DNA of 59,230 nt, from positions 1 to 59,230 of the forward strand of contig NZ_JAUYNP010000046.1 in NCBI RefSeq assembly GCF_030696055.1. Reading direction: 5' to 3'. The notes beneath the pieces were generated by a model. The model ran no database searches, had not been told where the DNA came from, and saw nothing but the letters and a program-made list of their open reading frames with translations. The position numbers and the translations under genes are program-made. This DNA comes from Pseudomonas sp. Its GTDB lineage: Bacteria; Pseudomonadota; Gammaproteobacteria; Pseudomonadales; Pseudomonadaceae. This document shows, in pieces, positions 1 through 8,857 of this stretch; position 1 is the first letter of the stretch, and every line of letters starts with the position of its first letter.

Positions 1-82
1 GGCGTTGAAACCGGAGCTCGAATGCTCACGTACTTGAGTACGCTGCGCTTCTCACCCCGATTTCGCCTTGTCTGGCTCTAGC
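1..82. repeat. Right part of an intergenic MITE-like repeat, cut by the window edge; related to the element at 20491-20746
   Basis: Shares GGCGTTG...ATGCTCAyGTAC...GTACrCT...GCGCTTCT...TTCGCCTTG blocks, in order, with 20532-20710. Confidence 0.6.
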
Positions 83-106
83 CCAGAAGCCCTCGATATT
101 TATGAA

Positions 107-133
107 TGGGTAGCCAGAAAAACTGGCTACCCA
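107..133. other. Perfect 11-bp stem-loop just upstream of the first permease (mRNA stabiliser or attenuator candidate)
   Basis: TGGGTAGCCAG-AAAAA-CTGGCTACCCA; no U tract follows. Confidence 0.5.
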
Positions 134-159
134 ATCCCCCGCATTGCGAGATCCGTTTA

Positions 160-1020
160 ATGAGTGCATTGCACGCTGACAGGAAACTGTCGGCCTGGCT
201 TTTAACGCCCGGACTAAGCTGGCTGCTGCTGTTTCTGGTGCTGCCGTGCCTGCTGGTGTTGGTCTACAGCTTCGTCGAACGTGGTGCCTATGGTGGTATC
301 GACTGGGTGTTCAGCTGGGAAAACTACCAGCGCGCCTTCGATCCGCTGTACCTGGGCATCCTCCTCAAATCGGCGAAAATCGCCGGCCTGGCGACCCTGT
401 TCGCGGTGCTGCTCGGTTACCCGGCGGCCTATGCGATTGCCCGCGCGCCACGGCGGCGGCAGGCGGTCTACCTGTTTCTGGTGATGCTGCCGTTCTGGAG
501 CAATTACCTGATCCGCACCTACGCCTGGATAGTGCTGCTCAACCGCGAAGGCCTGCTTAACCGTCTGTTCAGCCTGCTCGGCTATAGCGGCGAGCCGATC
601 AGCCTGCTCTACACCGAGTCGTCGGTGGTGCTGGGGCTGGTCTACAACTACATCCCCTTCGTGATCCTGGCGATCTACTCCTCGCTGTCGCGGATCAATG
701 GCGAACTCTGGGATGCCTCCAAGGACCTGGGCGCCTCGGGCTGGATGACCTTCCGCCGGATCATTCTGCCGCTCAGCGTGCCGGGCATAGCCGCCGGCGC
801 GGTGTTCGTTTTCGTCCTCAGCATCGGCAACTTCATCACCGCCGACCTGCTGGGCGGCAAGCAGGTGCAGATGGTCGGCAACCTGATCTATTCCCAATTT
901 CTCACCGCTCGCGACTGGCCGTTCGGCTCGGCGCTGAGTTTCTTCCTGATCGCCATCATGCTCGTCCTGCTGTTTATCCAGGCGCTGATCGCGCGGCGCG
1001 CAGAGGAGGGCAGAGCATGA
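160..1020 (+). CDS. Polyamine-type ABC transporter permease (PotB-like)
   Basis: Hydrophobic; LPFWSNYLIRTYAW and DASKDLGA (EAA) motifs; start set at ATG 160. Confidence 0.9.
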   Translation: MSALHADRKLSAWLLTPGLSWLLLFLVLPCLLVLVYSFVERGAYGGIDWVFSWENYQRAFDPLYLGILLKSAKIAGLATLFAVLLGYPAAYAIARAPRRRQAVYLFLVMLPFWSNYLIRTYAWIVLLNREGLLNRLFSLLGYSGEPISLLYTESSVVLGLVYNYIPFVILAIYSSLSRINGELWDASKDLGASGWMTFRRIILPLSVPGIAAGAVFVFVLSIGNFITADLLGGKQVQMVGNLIYSQFLTARDWPFGSALSFFLIAIMLVLLFIQALIARRAEEGRA

Positions 1021-1823
1021 GCCGACCAGCCAATCCAAGCACCCTGCTGCTCGGCACCCATCTGGGGCTGGTGTATGCCTTCCTCTATGTGCCGATCCTG
1101 GTGCTGATCCTCTTGTCGTTCAACAAGTCCGGGCTGCCCACCGCCTGGGGCGGTGCTTCGCTGAAATGGTATGTGGCCCTGGCGCATAACGGCGCGGTGC
1201 TGTCGGCGGCGTTGAACACCCTGATAGTCGCCCTGGCCTCGACCTTTACCGCCTGCGTGCTGGGTACCTTGCTGGCCCTCGGCGTGGAGCTGCGGCGTAA
1301 GGGCAAGGGCAATGGTCAGGTGGTCGACACCCTGCTGATGGCGCCGATGATCATCCCCGACATCGTGCTGGCCATCGCCTTGCTGAGCTTCTTCAACCTG
1401 CTCAAGGTAGGCCTGGGTCTGCACTCGATCATCATCAGCCACGCGGTGTTCAATATCGCCTTCGTCTGCGCGGTGGTGCGCACCCGCCTGAAGCATTTCG
1501 ACTACTCGATTCTCGAGGCCTCCATCGACCTCGGCGCCGGCTGGTTCACCACCCTGCGCCGGGTACTGCTGCCGGCGATCTTCCCCGGCGTGCTGGCGGG
1601 CGGCCTGCTGGCATTCACCCTGTCGGTGGACGAATTCATCATCGCCTTCTTCAACTCCGGTTCCGGCCAGGCCTCGACCACCTTGCCGATGCAGATCTAC
1701 GCCATGATCCGCTTCGGCGTCACCCCGGAAATCAACGCTCTGGCGACGCTGGTGATGCTGGTCAGCATCACCGCGCTGCTGGCCTCGCAGCGTCTCAACA
1801 AGGCTCCTCGCACCCATGAATAA
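1017..1823 (+). CDS. Polyamine-type ABC transporter permease (PotC-like)
   Basis: FLYVPIL..LSFN, EASIDLGA, FTLSVDEF, TLPMQIY motifs; ATGA overlap with the previous gene. Confidence 0.9.
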   Translation: MSRPANPSTLLLGTHLGLVYAFLYVPILVLILLSFNKSGLPTAWGGASLKWYVALAHNGAVLSAALNTLIVALASTFTACVLGTLLALGVELRRKGKGNGQVVDTLLMAPMIIPDIVLAIALLSFFNLLKVGLGLHSIIISHAVFNIAFVCAVVRTRLKHFDYSILEASIDLGAGWFTTLRRVLLPAIFPGVLAGGLLAFTLSVDEFIIAFFNSGSGQASTTLPMQIYAMIRFGVTPEINALATLVMLVSITALLASQRLNKAPRTHE

Positions 1824-2895
1824 CTCATCTGCAGTGCTGATCCTGGACAAGGTCAGCAAGTCCTATGGCAACGGTCTGGCGGTCGACGAGGTGTCGTTGA
1901 ATATCCGCGAGAACGAATTCTTCGCCCTGCTCGGGCCGTCCGGCTGCGGCAAGACCACCTTGCTGCGCATGCTCGCCGGCTTCGAGACGCCCAGTTCCGG
2001 CTGCATCTACCTGGACGGCCTGGACATCTCGCCGCTGCCGGCGAACAAGCGCCCGCTGAACCTGATGTTCCAGTCCTATGCGCTGTTCCCCAATATGACG
2101 GTGCGCAAGAACATCGCCTACGGCCTGGAGATGGAGCGCCTGCCGGAGACGGAAATCCGCCGCCGGGTCGACGAGGTGCTGGCCACCGCGCAGCTCGGCG
2201 AGTTGGCCGAGCGCAAGCCCGACCAGCTGTCCGGCGGCCAGCGCCAGCGCGTGGCCCTGGCTCGCGCCCTGGTCAAACGGCCGCGGGTGCTGTTGCTCGA
2301 CGAACCCCTGGGCGCCCTGGACAAGAAGCTGCGCGAGAAGATGCAGCTGGAGCTCAAGCGCCTGCAGCACGAGAGCGGCATCACCTTCATCATCGTCACC
2401 CACGATCAGGAAGAAGCCCTGGTCATGTCCGACCGCATGGCCGTGCTCGACGGCGGCAAGATCTGCCAGATCGGCAGCCCGGCCGAGCTGTACGAAAACC
2501 CCAATAGCCGCTTCGTCGCCAACTTTATCGGCGTCAGCAACCTGCTCGAAGGGGTGCGCCAGAACGACCAGACGGTGACCGTGAATGGCCATGCCCTGCG
2601 GGTCAGCGTGGATCTGGCGGGGCATCGCGGCGAGGCGCTCGCCGTGGTGGTGCGCCCCGAGCGCCTGCAGGTGCTCGACGAGCAGAGTCCGGCCTGCGAC
2701 AACCAGGTCGACGGCCGCATAGTCGAAGTCGCCTACCACGGCCTGGACACCAACCTGCATGTGCAGACGCCGCTTAGTGACAAGCCGCTGATCGTGCGCG
2801 TGCCGTCCTCGCAATTCGAACTCGCCCATTTCGCCCCCGGCATGGCCATCCGCTTGGGTTGGCAGGCCCGGCATGCCCGTGTGCTGTCCCGTTGA
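1816..2895 (+). CDS. Polyamine-type ABC transporter ATP-binding protein (PotA-like, C-terminal TOBE)
   Basis: Walker A GPSGCGKTT, LSGGQ signature, LLLDEP, VTHDQEEA. Confidence 0.93.
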   Translation: MNNSSAVLILDKVSKSYGNGLAVDEVSLNIRENEFFALLGPSGCGKTTLLRMLAGFETPSSGCIYLDGLDISPLPANKRPLNLMFQSYALFPNMTVRKNIAYGLEMERLPETEIRRRVDEVLATAQLGELAERKPDQLSGGQRQRVALARALVKRPRVLLLDEPLGALDKKLREKMQLELKRLQHESGITFIIVTHDQEEALVMSDRMAVLDGGKICQIGSPAELYENPNSRFVANFIGVSNLLEGVRQNDQTVTVNGHALRVSVDLAGHRGEALAVVVRPERLQVLDEQSPACDNQVDGRIVEVAYHGLDTNLHVQTPLSDKPLIVRVPSSQFELAHFAPGMAIRLGWQARHARVLSR

Positions 2896-2906
2896 ACAAT
2901 AAAAAC
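2895..2906 (+). promoter_or_regulatory. A-rich CA motif (candidate Hfq/Crc translational repression site) before the glycosyltransferase RBS
   Basis: AACAATAAAAAC matches AANAANAA, just upstream of AGGAG. Confidence 0.45.
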
Positions 2907-2926
2907 ACCAGGCAGGAGTAGCTCTG

Positions 2927-4225
2927 ATGAAACAGCAAGTGATCGCCTTCTTTCCTGAAGCCGCCTATGGCCCGGCTCTGAATTCGGTCGGTATCGCCCA
3001 GGCCTGCGAGGCCCTCGGGCACAAGGCGGTGTTCCTCACCGACCCGGGCATGAGCGGGGTGTATGCCGCCTACGGCTTCGAGGAATACATGGTCAATATG
3101 TCGGCGCCGATGCCGGCGGAGGAGATGGCCAAGTACTGGGTGGACTTCGTTAACGGGCATATACCGAACTTTCGCAAGTCGCCCCTGGAGCAGATCGACA
3201 ACTACGTGAAAGAGTGCTGGGCGGCCATAGTGGAAACCGCCAAGTGGGCGCAGAAAGACCTGCCGGCGGTGCTCGACAAGGTCAAGCCGGACCTGATCTG
3301 CGTCGATAACGTGATCCTCTTTCCGGCGATCAAGCAGTACGGCAAGCCCTGGGTGCGCATTATCTCCTGCTCGGAAAACGAGATCGAAGACCCGGACATC
3401 CCGCCGCACCTGTCGGGCATGAGCATCGACGACAAGGCTGGCCACGCGCGCTTCCGCCAGCGCTTCGAGGAAGTAGTCGGGCCAATCCACGCCGACTTCA
3501 ACCGCTTTCTCGAAGCGCACGGCGAACAGCCTTATCCCCTGGGTACCTTCTTCGAAGCCTCGCCCTATATGAACCTGCTGCTGTATCCCGATCCGGTGAA
3601 ATTCGAGCGCCGCCATCCGCTGCCGGCCGAGCGTTTCCACTACCTGCAGGGCTGTGTGCGCAGCGACAAGGCCTACGAGATTCCCGAGTTCCGCGCGAAT
3701 AACGACAAGCCGCTGCTCTACGTCAGCTTCGGCAGCCTCGGCTCCGGCGATATCGAACTGCTCCAGCGCTTGATCACGGCCGTCGGCAAGCTGCCGTACC
3801 GCGCGCTGTTCAACGTCGGCGAGCACCTGGAGAAGTATCCCGTACTGCCGGACAACGTGTTGATCTCCAACTGGTACCCGCAGCCCTCGGTGATCGCCAA
3901 GGTCGATGCGGTGATCCACCACGGCGGCAACAACAGCTTTACCGAGTGCCTGTTCTTCGGCAAACCGGCGATCGTCATGTCCTACGTCTGGGACGGCCAC
4001 GACAACGCCATGCGCGCCGAGGAAAGCGGCCATGGCTTCAAGCTCGACCGTTATGAGTGGAGCGAAGCCGAGTTGGCCGAGAAGCTCGCCGCCTGCATCA
4101 ACGACCAGTCGATGCGCCAGCGCCTGCAGCGCACCAGCGCCTATATGCAGTCGCGCAAGGGCCCGCAAGACGCGGCGCAGATTCTCGACCAGATACTGAA
4201 AGGCGAGGTACTGAAAAATGCCTGA
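2927..4225 (+). CDS. GT-B family 1 (MGT/UDP-glycosyltransferase-like) glycosyltransferase with a divergent active site
   Basis: LYVSFGS, WYPQ, HHGGNNSFTE...GKP...DGHDNA UDP-sugar-binding region; LGHKAVF and PDLICVD in the N-domain. Confidence 0.85.
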   Translation: MKQQVIAFFPEAAYGPALNSVGIAQACEALGHKAVFLTDPGMSGVYAAYGFEEYMVNMSAPMPAEEMAKYWVDFVNGHIPNFRKSPLEQIDNYVKECWAAIVETAKWAQKDLPAVLDKVKPDLICVDNVILFPAIKQYGKPWVRIISCSENEIEDPDIPPHLSGMSIDDKAGHARFRQRFEEVVGPIHADFNRFLEAHGEQPYPLGTFFEASPYMNLLLYPDPVKFERRHPLPAERFHYLQGCVRSDKAYEIPEFRANNDKPLLYVSFGSLGSGDIELLQRLITAVGKLPYRALFNVGEHLEKYPVLPDNVLISNWYPQPSVIAKVDAVIHHGGNNSFTECLFFGKPAIVMSYVWDGHDNAMRAEESGHGFKLDRYEWSEAELAEKLAACINDQSMRQRLQRTSAYMQSRKGPQDAAQILDQILKGEVLKNA

Positions 4226-4583
4226 GGCCCGACTCGACTCCAGCGCGCCGCATATCCTTGGCGTCCGTGAGTACGCCGATTTGCTCGACTGGGGCGTGCA
4301 GAGCGATGCCCTCGAAGGCGTCTCTAATTCCAGCGGGCGCCTGCTGTTCAAGGGCCCGAACAACAGCCCGGAAACCGGCCTGTGGGTCTGTACCCCTGGG
4401 CGCTGGCGGCTGGCGATTCCCCGCGACGAGCTGTGCCACTTCCTGGCCGGACGCGCCACCTACCGCAGCGACGACGGCGAGGTGATCGAGGTCTACCCCG
4501 ACACCCTGGTGCTGTTCCCCGCGGGCTGGAGCGGCGAATGCCTGGTCCGGGAAACCCTGCGCAACGTTTATATGCTGGCCTGA
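4218..4583 (+). CDS. Cupin_3 (DUF861/EutQ-like) protein
   Basis: ETGLWVCTPG, DELCHFLAG, FPAGWSG, RNVY motifs. Confidence 0.85.
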   Translation: MPEARLDSSAPHILGVREYADLLDWGVQSDALEGVSNSSGRLLFKGPNNSPETGLWVCTPGRWRLAIPRDELCHFLAGRATYRSDDGEVIEVYPDTLVLFPAGWSGECLVRETLRNVYMLA

Positions 4584-4680
4584 TCAGCCTTTGGGAGAGT
4601 GCCCTTTGTACCGTCGATGGGTATCGCTGTGCTCGACCCATCCTACGACCTAAAACCTTAATTTTTTTGGAGAGAGAAAG

Positions 4681-5025
4681 ATGACCACCGCCGTTCTATA
4701 CAACCCGCTGCAAGTTACCGAACTCAAGGACTGGGGTGTGATCCCCACCATGCTCGAAGGCGAGTCCCAGGTCAGCGGTGTGGTGCTGCATAAGGGCCCG
4801 CAAGGCCAGTCGGAATGCGGCATCTGGGTGTGCACGCCGGGCAAGTGGTTCTGCCACGTGACCAGCGACGAGTTCTGCCACTTCCTCGAAGGAAGCTGCA
4901 CCTATGTGCACGAGTCCGGCGAGGTAATCGAAATCAAACCCGACACCGCGGCCTTCTTCCCCAAGGACTGGAAAGGCGTGTGCACGGTTTATCAAACCAT
5001 CAAAAAGGTCTACATGATCCGGTGA
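4681..5025 (+). CDS. Cupin_3 (DUF861/EutQ-like) protein, paralog of the previous gene
   Basis: ECGIWVCTPG, DEFCHFLEG, FPKDWKG, KKVY motifs. Confidence 0.85.
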   Translation: MTTAVLYNPLQVTELKDWGVIPTMLEGESQVSGVVLHKGPQGQSECGIWVCTPGKWFCHVTSDEFCHFLEGSCTYVHESGEVIEIKPDTAAFFPKDWKGVCTVYQTIKKVYMIR

Positions 5026-6083
5026 GCGACATGAGCGAAGTCCTTCAGTCCCATGCCCTGCAGCAGGTCGGCCGGGCCACGGCCCGCGCGGCCTTTCTGG
5101 CGCGGGCCGGTTACCCCGAGGTGGCCCTCGAGGCCTTGCCGGCGGACGCCTCGAGCCGGCGCTATTTCCGCCTGAGCGGGGCCGGCCTGCTGCTGATGGA
5201 CTCGCCACCGGCCAGCGAGCCGATCGGCCCCTATCTGCAGGTCGCCGGTCTGCTGCAGCGGGTCGGCCTGTCGGCCCCGCAGATCCTGGCGGTCGATGAG
5301 GCTGCGGGGTTGGCGCTGATCGAGGACTTCGGCGCGGACACCTATACCCGCCTGCTGGCCGGCGGTCAGGCCGCTCAGCCGCTGTACCAGCTGGCGGTGG
5401 AAACCTTGGCCCATCTGCACCGCGCGCCGCTTGAGCATGCCGCGACGCTGGCGCCCTATAACGCCGAGCGCCTGGCCGAGGAGTACGCGCTGTTTATCGA
5501 CTGGTATGCGCCGCTGCTGATCGGCACCGAGGCCGCCGCGGCCTTGCGCGCGGACTATATGCAGTTGTTCGCCGGCATCTGCCGCGAAGTGGCCGGCCGC
5601 CGCGAGGCCCTGGTGCTGCGTGATTTCCATGTCGACAACCTGATGCTGCTGGAAGGCCGCCAGGGCGTGGCCGCCTGCGGCCTGCTGGATTTCCAGGATG
5701 CCCTGCAAGGCGCGGCGGCCTACGACCTGCTGTCGCTGCTGGAGGATGCCCGCCGCGATATGCCCGCCGCGCTGCGCGCCGATCTGCTGCAGCACTACCT
5801 GGCGCAGCGCCCGCAGCTCGATGCCGAGCGTTTTATGGCCGACTACGCGGTGCTGGCCGCGCAGCGCCACGCCAAGGTGCTGGGCATCTTCGTGCGCCTG
5901 GCCCGGCGCGACGGCAAGCTCACCTACCTCAAACACCTGCCGCGCACCCTCGGCCTGTTCAGTCGGGCGCTGGACAACCCGGCGCTGCAGCCCTTGCGCC
6001 ACTTTCTCGAACAGCACCTGGGGAACTGGCGGCACGGCCTCAGCGCCGAGCAACTGGCGCGCGTACGCGGCCCCTCCCTTTGA
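5022..6083 (+). CDS. AmgK-like anomeric amino-sugar 1-kinase (APH/phosphotransferase fold)
   Basis: DASSRRYFR, IEDFG, RDFHVDNLM, LLDFQDA, LGIFVRLARRDGK motifs; start is GTG 5022 (overlapping the cupin stop) or ATG 5031. Confidence 0.8.
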   Translation: MSDMSEVLQSHALQQVGRATARAAFLARAGYPEVALEALPADASSRRYFRLSGAGLLLMDSPPASEPIGPYLQVAGLLQRVGLSAPQILAVDEAAGLALIEDFGADTYTRLLAGGQAAQPLYQLAVETLAHLHRAPLEHAATLAPYNAERLAEEYALFIDWYAPLLIGTEAAAALRADYMQLFAGICREVAGRREALVLRDFHVDNLMLLEGRQGVAACGLLDFQDALQGAAAYDLLSLLEDARRDMPAALRADLLQHYLAQRPQLDAERFMADYAVLAAQRHAKVLGIFVRLARRDGKLTYLKHLPRTLGLFSRALDNPALQPLRHFLEQHLGNWRHGLSAEQLARVRGPSL

Positions 6084-6100
6084 TCGCCATAGGACAATCC

Positions 6101-7603
6101 ATGAGCACTTTCGCCTGCGACAAGCCGTTACGCTTTATCAATCCCGACTACCAGACGCCGGCTACCCAGCGCCTGCGTGAGATCTTCGACCCGGCGAGCC
6201 TGGCGGCCGTCGGCCAGATCGGCCTGTGCGAGCAGGCCGACGTGCAAGCCGCCATCGACGCCGCCAATGCCGCCCAGCAGAGCTGGCGCCTGGTCGATGC
6301 GAAGAGTCGGGCGGGTTTGCTGCACCAGCTGGCCAACCGCATCGAGCAGGATCACGCCTGCAACCGCGAAGCCGCCCGCTTGATGACCCTGGAGATGGGC
6401 AAGCCGTTCGCCGAATCCATGGGCGAGCTGGCCAACTGCGCGCCGATCTTCCGTTACTACGCGGAGATGGCCCGGGATGACGCCGGCAAGGTCGCCGGCA
6501 CCACCCAGGCCGGCTCCTTCCAGCATGTGCGCTACGAACCCTATGGCGTCAGCGTGCATATCATGCCGTTCAACTTCCCGATCCTGCTGATGTGCTGGAC
6601 GGTCGCCGCCTCCCTGGCGGCGGGCAATGCCTGCATCATCAAACCGGCGGAAAGCACCAGCCTGTGTACCCTGAAATTTATGCAGCATTTCCGCGTGTTA
6701 CCGGCCGGGCTGATCGCCTGCCTGCCGGGCGATGCCAGTACCGCGCAGTTGCTGGTGCAGTCGGACAAGACCCACGCGGTGGCCTTTACCGGCAGCGTCG
6801 CCGCCGGCAAGGCGGTGGCCGTGGCCTGCGCCGAGCGGATGAAACCCAGCGTGATCGAGGCCGGCGGCAGCGACCCGATGATCATCTCCAAGCATGCGCC
6901 ACTGGACGTTGCCGCCGCCGGCGCGGTGACCGCGGCCTTTCACCTGAGCGGGCAGATCTGCACCTCGGCTGAGCGCTTCTTTGTGGTCGAGGAGGTGCAC
7001 GATGAATTCGTCGCGCGTTTTGCCGAACGCACCCGCGCCCTGCGCATCGGTCATGGCCTGGAACGTACGGAAATCGGCCCGCTGGTTAGCCAGGCCGCCC
7101 GCGACAAGGTGATGCGCCTGGTCGCCGACGCCCTGGAGAAGGGCGCCAACTTGGTTTGTGGCGGGCGTATTCCGCCCGAGCAGACGGTGGGCTGGTTCTA
7201 TGAGCCGACCATCCTCACCGGGGTCAATGCCGAGATGGCGATCTTCCACGAGGAGTGCTTCGGCCCGGTGGCGGCGATCTGCCGGGTCAAGAATTTCGAC
7301 GAAGCCGTGCGCCTGGCCAACGACTCGCCGTTCGGCCTCGGCGCCTCGCTGTTCTCCACCGACCTGGCCGAGGCCATGGAGGCGGCGGATCGCCTGGAAG
7401 CCGGCATGGTCTGGGTCAACAACCCGCTGATCGACAACGATGCGCTGCCCTTCGGCGGCTGGAAGATGTCCGGCATGGGGCGCGAGCTGGGACGCCAGGG
7501 CCTGGATGCGTTCCGCCGCTCGAAGATGGTGATCATCGACCACCAGCCGCGCATCCACGACTGGTGGTACCCCTATAACGACGATCAGTTCTATCGCGCC
7601 TAA
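6101..7603 (+). CDS. NAD(P)-dependent aldehyde dehydrogenase, divergent
   Basis: PFNFP, KPAE, FTGS, IEAGGSDP (catalytic Glu), GQIC (catalytic Cys), EECFGPV. Confidence 0.9.
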   Translation: MSTFACDKPLRFINPDYQTPATQRLREIFDPASLAAVGQIGLCEQADVQAAIDAANAAQQSWRLVDAKSRAGLLHQLANRIEQDHACNREAARLMTLEMGKPFAESMGELANCAPIFRYYAEMARDDAGKVAGTTQAGSFQHVRYEPYGVSVHIMPFNFPILLMCWTVAASLAAGNACIIKPAESTSLCTLKFMQHFRVLPAGLIACLPGDASTAQLLVQSDKTHAVAFTGSVAAGKAVAVACAERMKPSVIEAGGSDPMIISKHAPLDVAAAGAVTAAFHLSGQICTSAERFFVVEEVHDEFVARFAERTRALRIGHGLERTEIGPLVSQAARDKVMRLVADALEKGANLVCGGRIPPEQTVGWFYEPTILTGVNAEMAIFHEECFGPVAAICRVKNFDEAVRLANDSPFGLGASLFSTDLAEAMEAADRLEAGMVWVNNPLIDNDALPFGGWKMSGMGRELGRQGLDAFRRSKMVIIDHQPRIHDWWYPYNDDQFYRA

Positions 7604-7715
7604 GGCCGGAGAGTCGCATGCATTATTGTCCCGTTGCATCGCCGGCTAATTTCCGGCGTCTACCCGCCCGTATGGCGGGGGGGCGCTTGTGATCCAGTAC
7701 GGCGCCGCGGCATCT

Positions 7716-8729
7716 ATGGACCCGCTGCAGGCCTTTAACCTGTGCCTGCTGCACCTCGCGCGCCTCACCCGTGGGCGCGACGCCGCGCAGTTTATTGGCG
7801 AAGGCCTGCAGGCCTTTGGCCAACTGGTGCCTTTCGCCTCGGCCTGGTGGGGCGAGATGTCCCAGGCGCAGGCCAATGCCGCGCCGCAGAGCTGGATGCA
7901 CGGGCAGCTCAATCTGAGCGAGTCGTTCGCCAGCGAATGGAACCAGATCGCGGCCAGGGACAGGTTCTCCCACGGCACCCTGAGTCGCCCGGGCGAGATA
8001 GTGCGTGCCAGTGGCTTCAGCGACCCCTGCGCCGAGGTGAACGCCTTCGCCCGTCGCCACGACCTCTACCACCTGCTGTGCATCACCTTCGAGCTTCCCG
8101 AAAGCGGCTTGATGTTCTTCGTCTGCCTCTACCGTGGCGCGAGCGCCCAGGCCTTTAGCGACAGCGAGGCCCGGCTGTTCGCGTCCTTCTGCGAGCACCT
8201 GTTGCAGCTCTGGCGTTTCCAGGTGCAAGACCTGCTGCAACTCGGCGGGGGCGACGGCGCCAGCGAGTTTGCGGTGGCCCGCGCGGATGGCCGTTTGCTC
8301 TATGTCGGCGCCCGGCTGTGCGCCGCCATCGCTCATGAAGTGCCCGGCTGGGACGGTTCGGTGCTACCCGCCGGACTGATCGCGCAACTAGCGAATGCGC
8401 CCTGCGTGATGCGCCTGGGCCGTGCGGCGTTGACCCTGAATCGCAGCGGCGAGCAGCTGATCCTGACGCTCACCAGCCAGACCCGCCACAACGGGCTGGC
8501 CCCCCGCGAGCGCACGGCGGCCATGCTGTTCGCCGCCGGGCATTCCTACAAGGAAATCGCCAAGTTGCTGCTGCTGAGCCCGGCGACCGTGCGCACCTAC
8601 CTGCGCACCTGCTACCTGCAGCTGGGGGTGCGCAGCAAGCTGGAACTCTGTGCGGCCCTGCGTATGCCGGCCAACCCGGACGAAGGCGGGCGGCGCGCGC
8701 CCGCGCGGCAATCCGTGGGGGCGCGCTGA
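7716..8729 (+). CDS. LuxR-family regulator with an N-terminal GAF-like sensory region
   Basis: C-terminal LAPRE...GHSYKEIAKLLLLSPATVRTYL...LGV HTH; start uncertain (7689 or 7716). Confidence 0.8.
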   Translation: MDPLQAFNLCLLHLARLTRGRDAAQFIGEGLQAFGQLVPFASAWWGEMSQAQANAAPQSWMHGQLNLSESFASEWNQIAARDRFSHGTLSRPGEIVRASGFSDPCAEVNAFARRHDLYHLLCITFELPESGLMFFVCLYRGASAQAFSDSEARLFASFCEHLLQLWRFQVQDLLQLGGGDGASEFAVARADGRLLYVGARLCAAIAHEVPGWDGSVLPAGLIAQLANAPCVMRLGRAALTLNRSGEQLILTLTSQTRHNGLAPRERTAAMLFAAGHSYKEIAKLLLLSPATVRTYLRTCYLQLGVRSKLELCAALRMPANPDEGGRRAPARQSVGAR

Positions 8730-8857
8730 TGGCCTGCCCCTCCTCATTTGCAGAGGGCCCTATGGCGCCAGCCATCGCTATGGTGTGGCGGGCGGTCGGG
8801 CGACCGCCGCGCGGCCTGTGCGGGCCGCGTGCAGAACTTCTAACTGAGGTGCGGAAT

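Noticed and set aside
5022-6083. Aminoglycoside resistance phosphotransferase
   Set aside because: The motifs fit the AmgK subfamily of the APH fold, and the context is metabolic.
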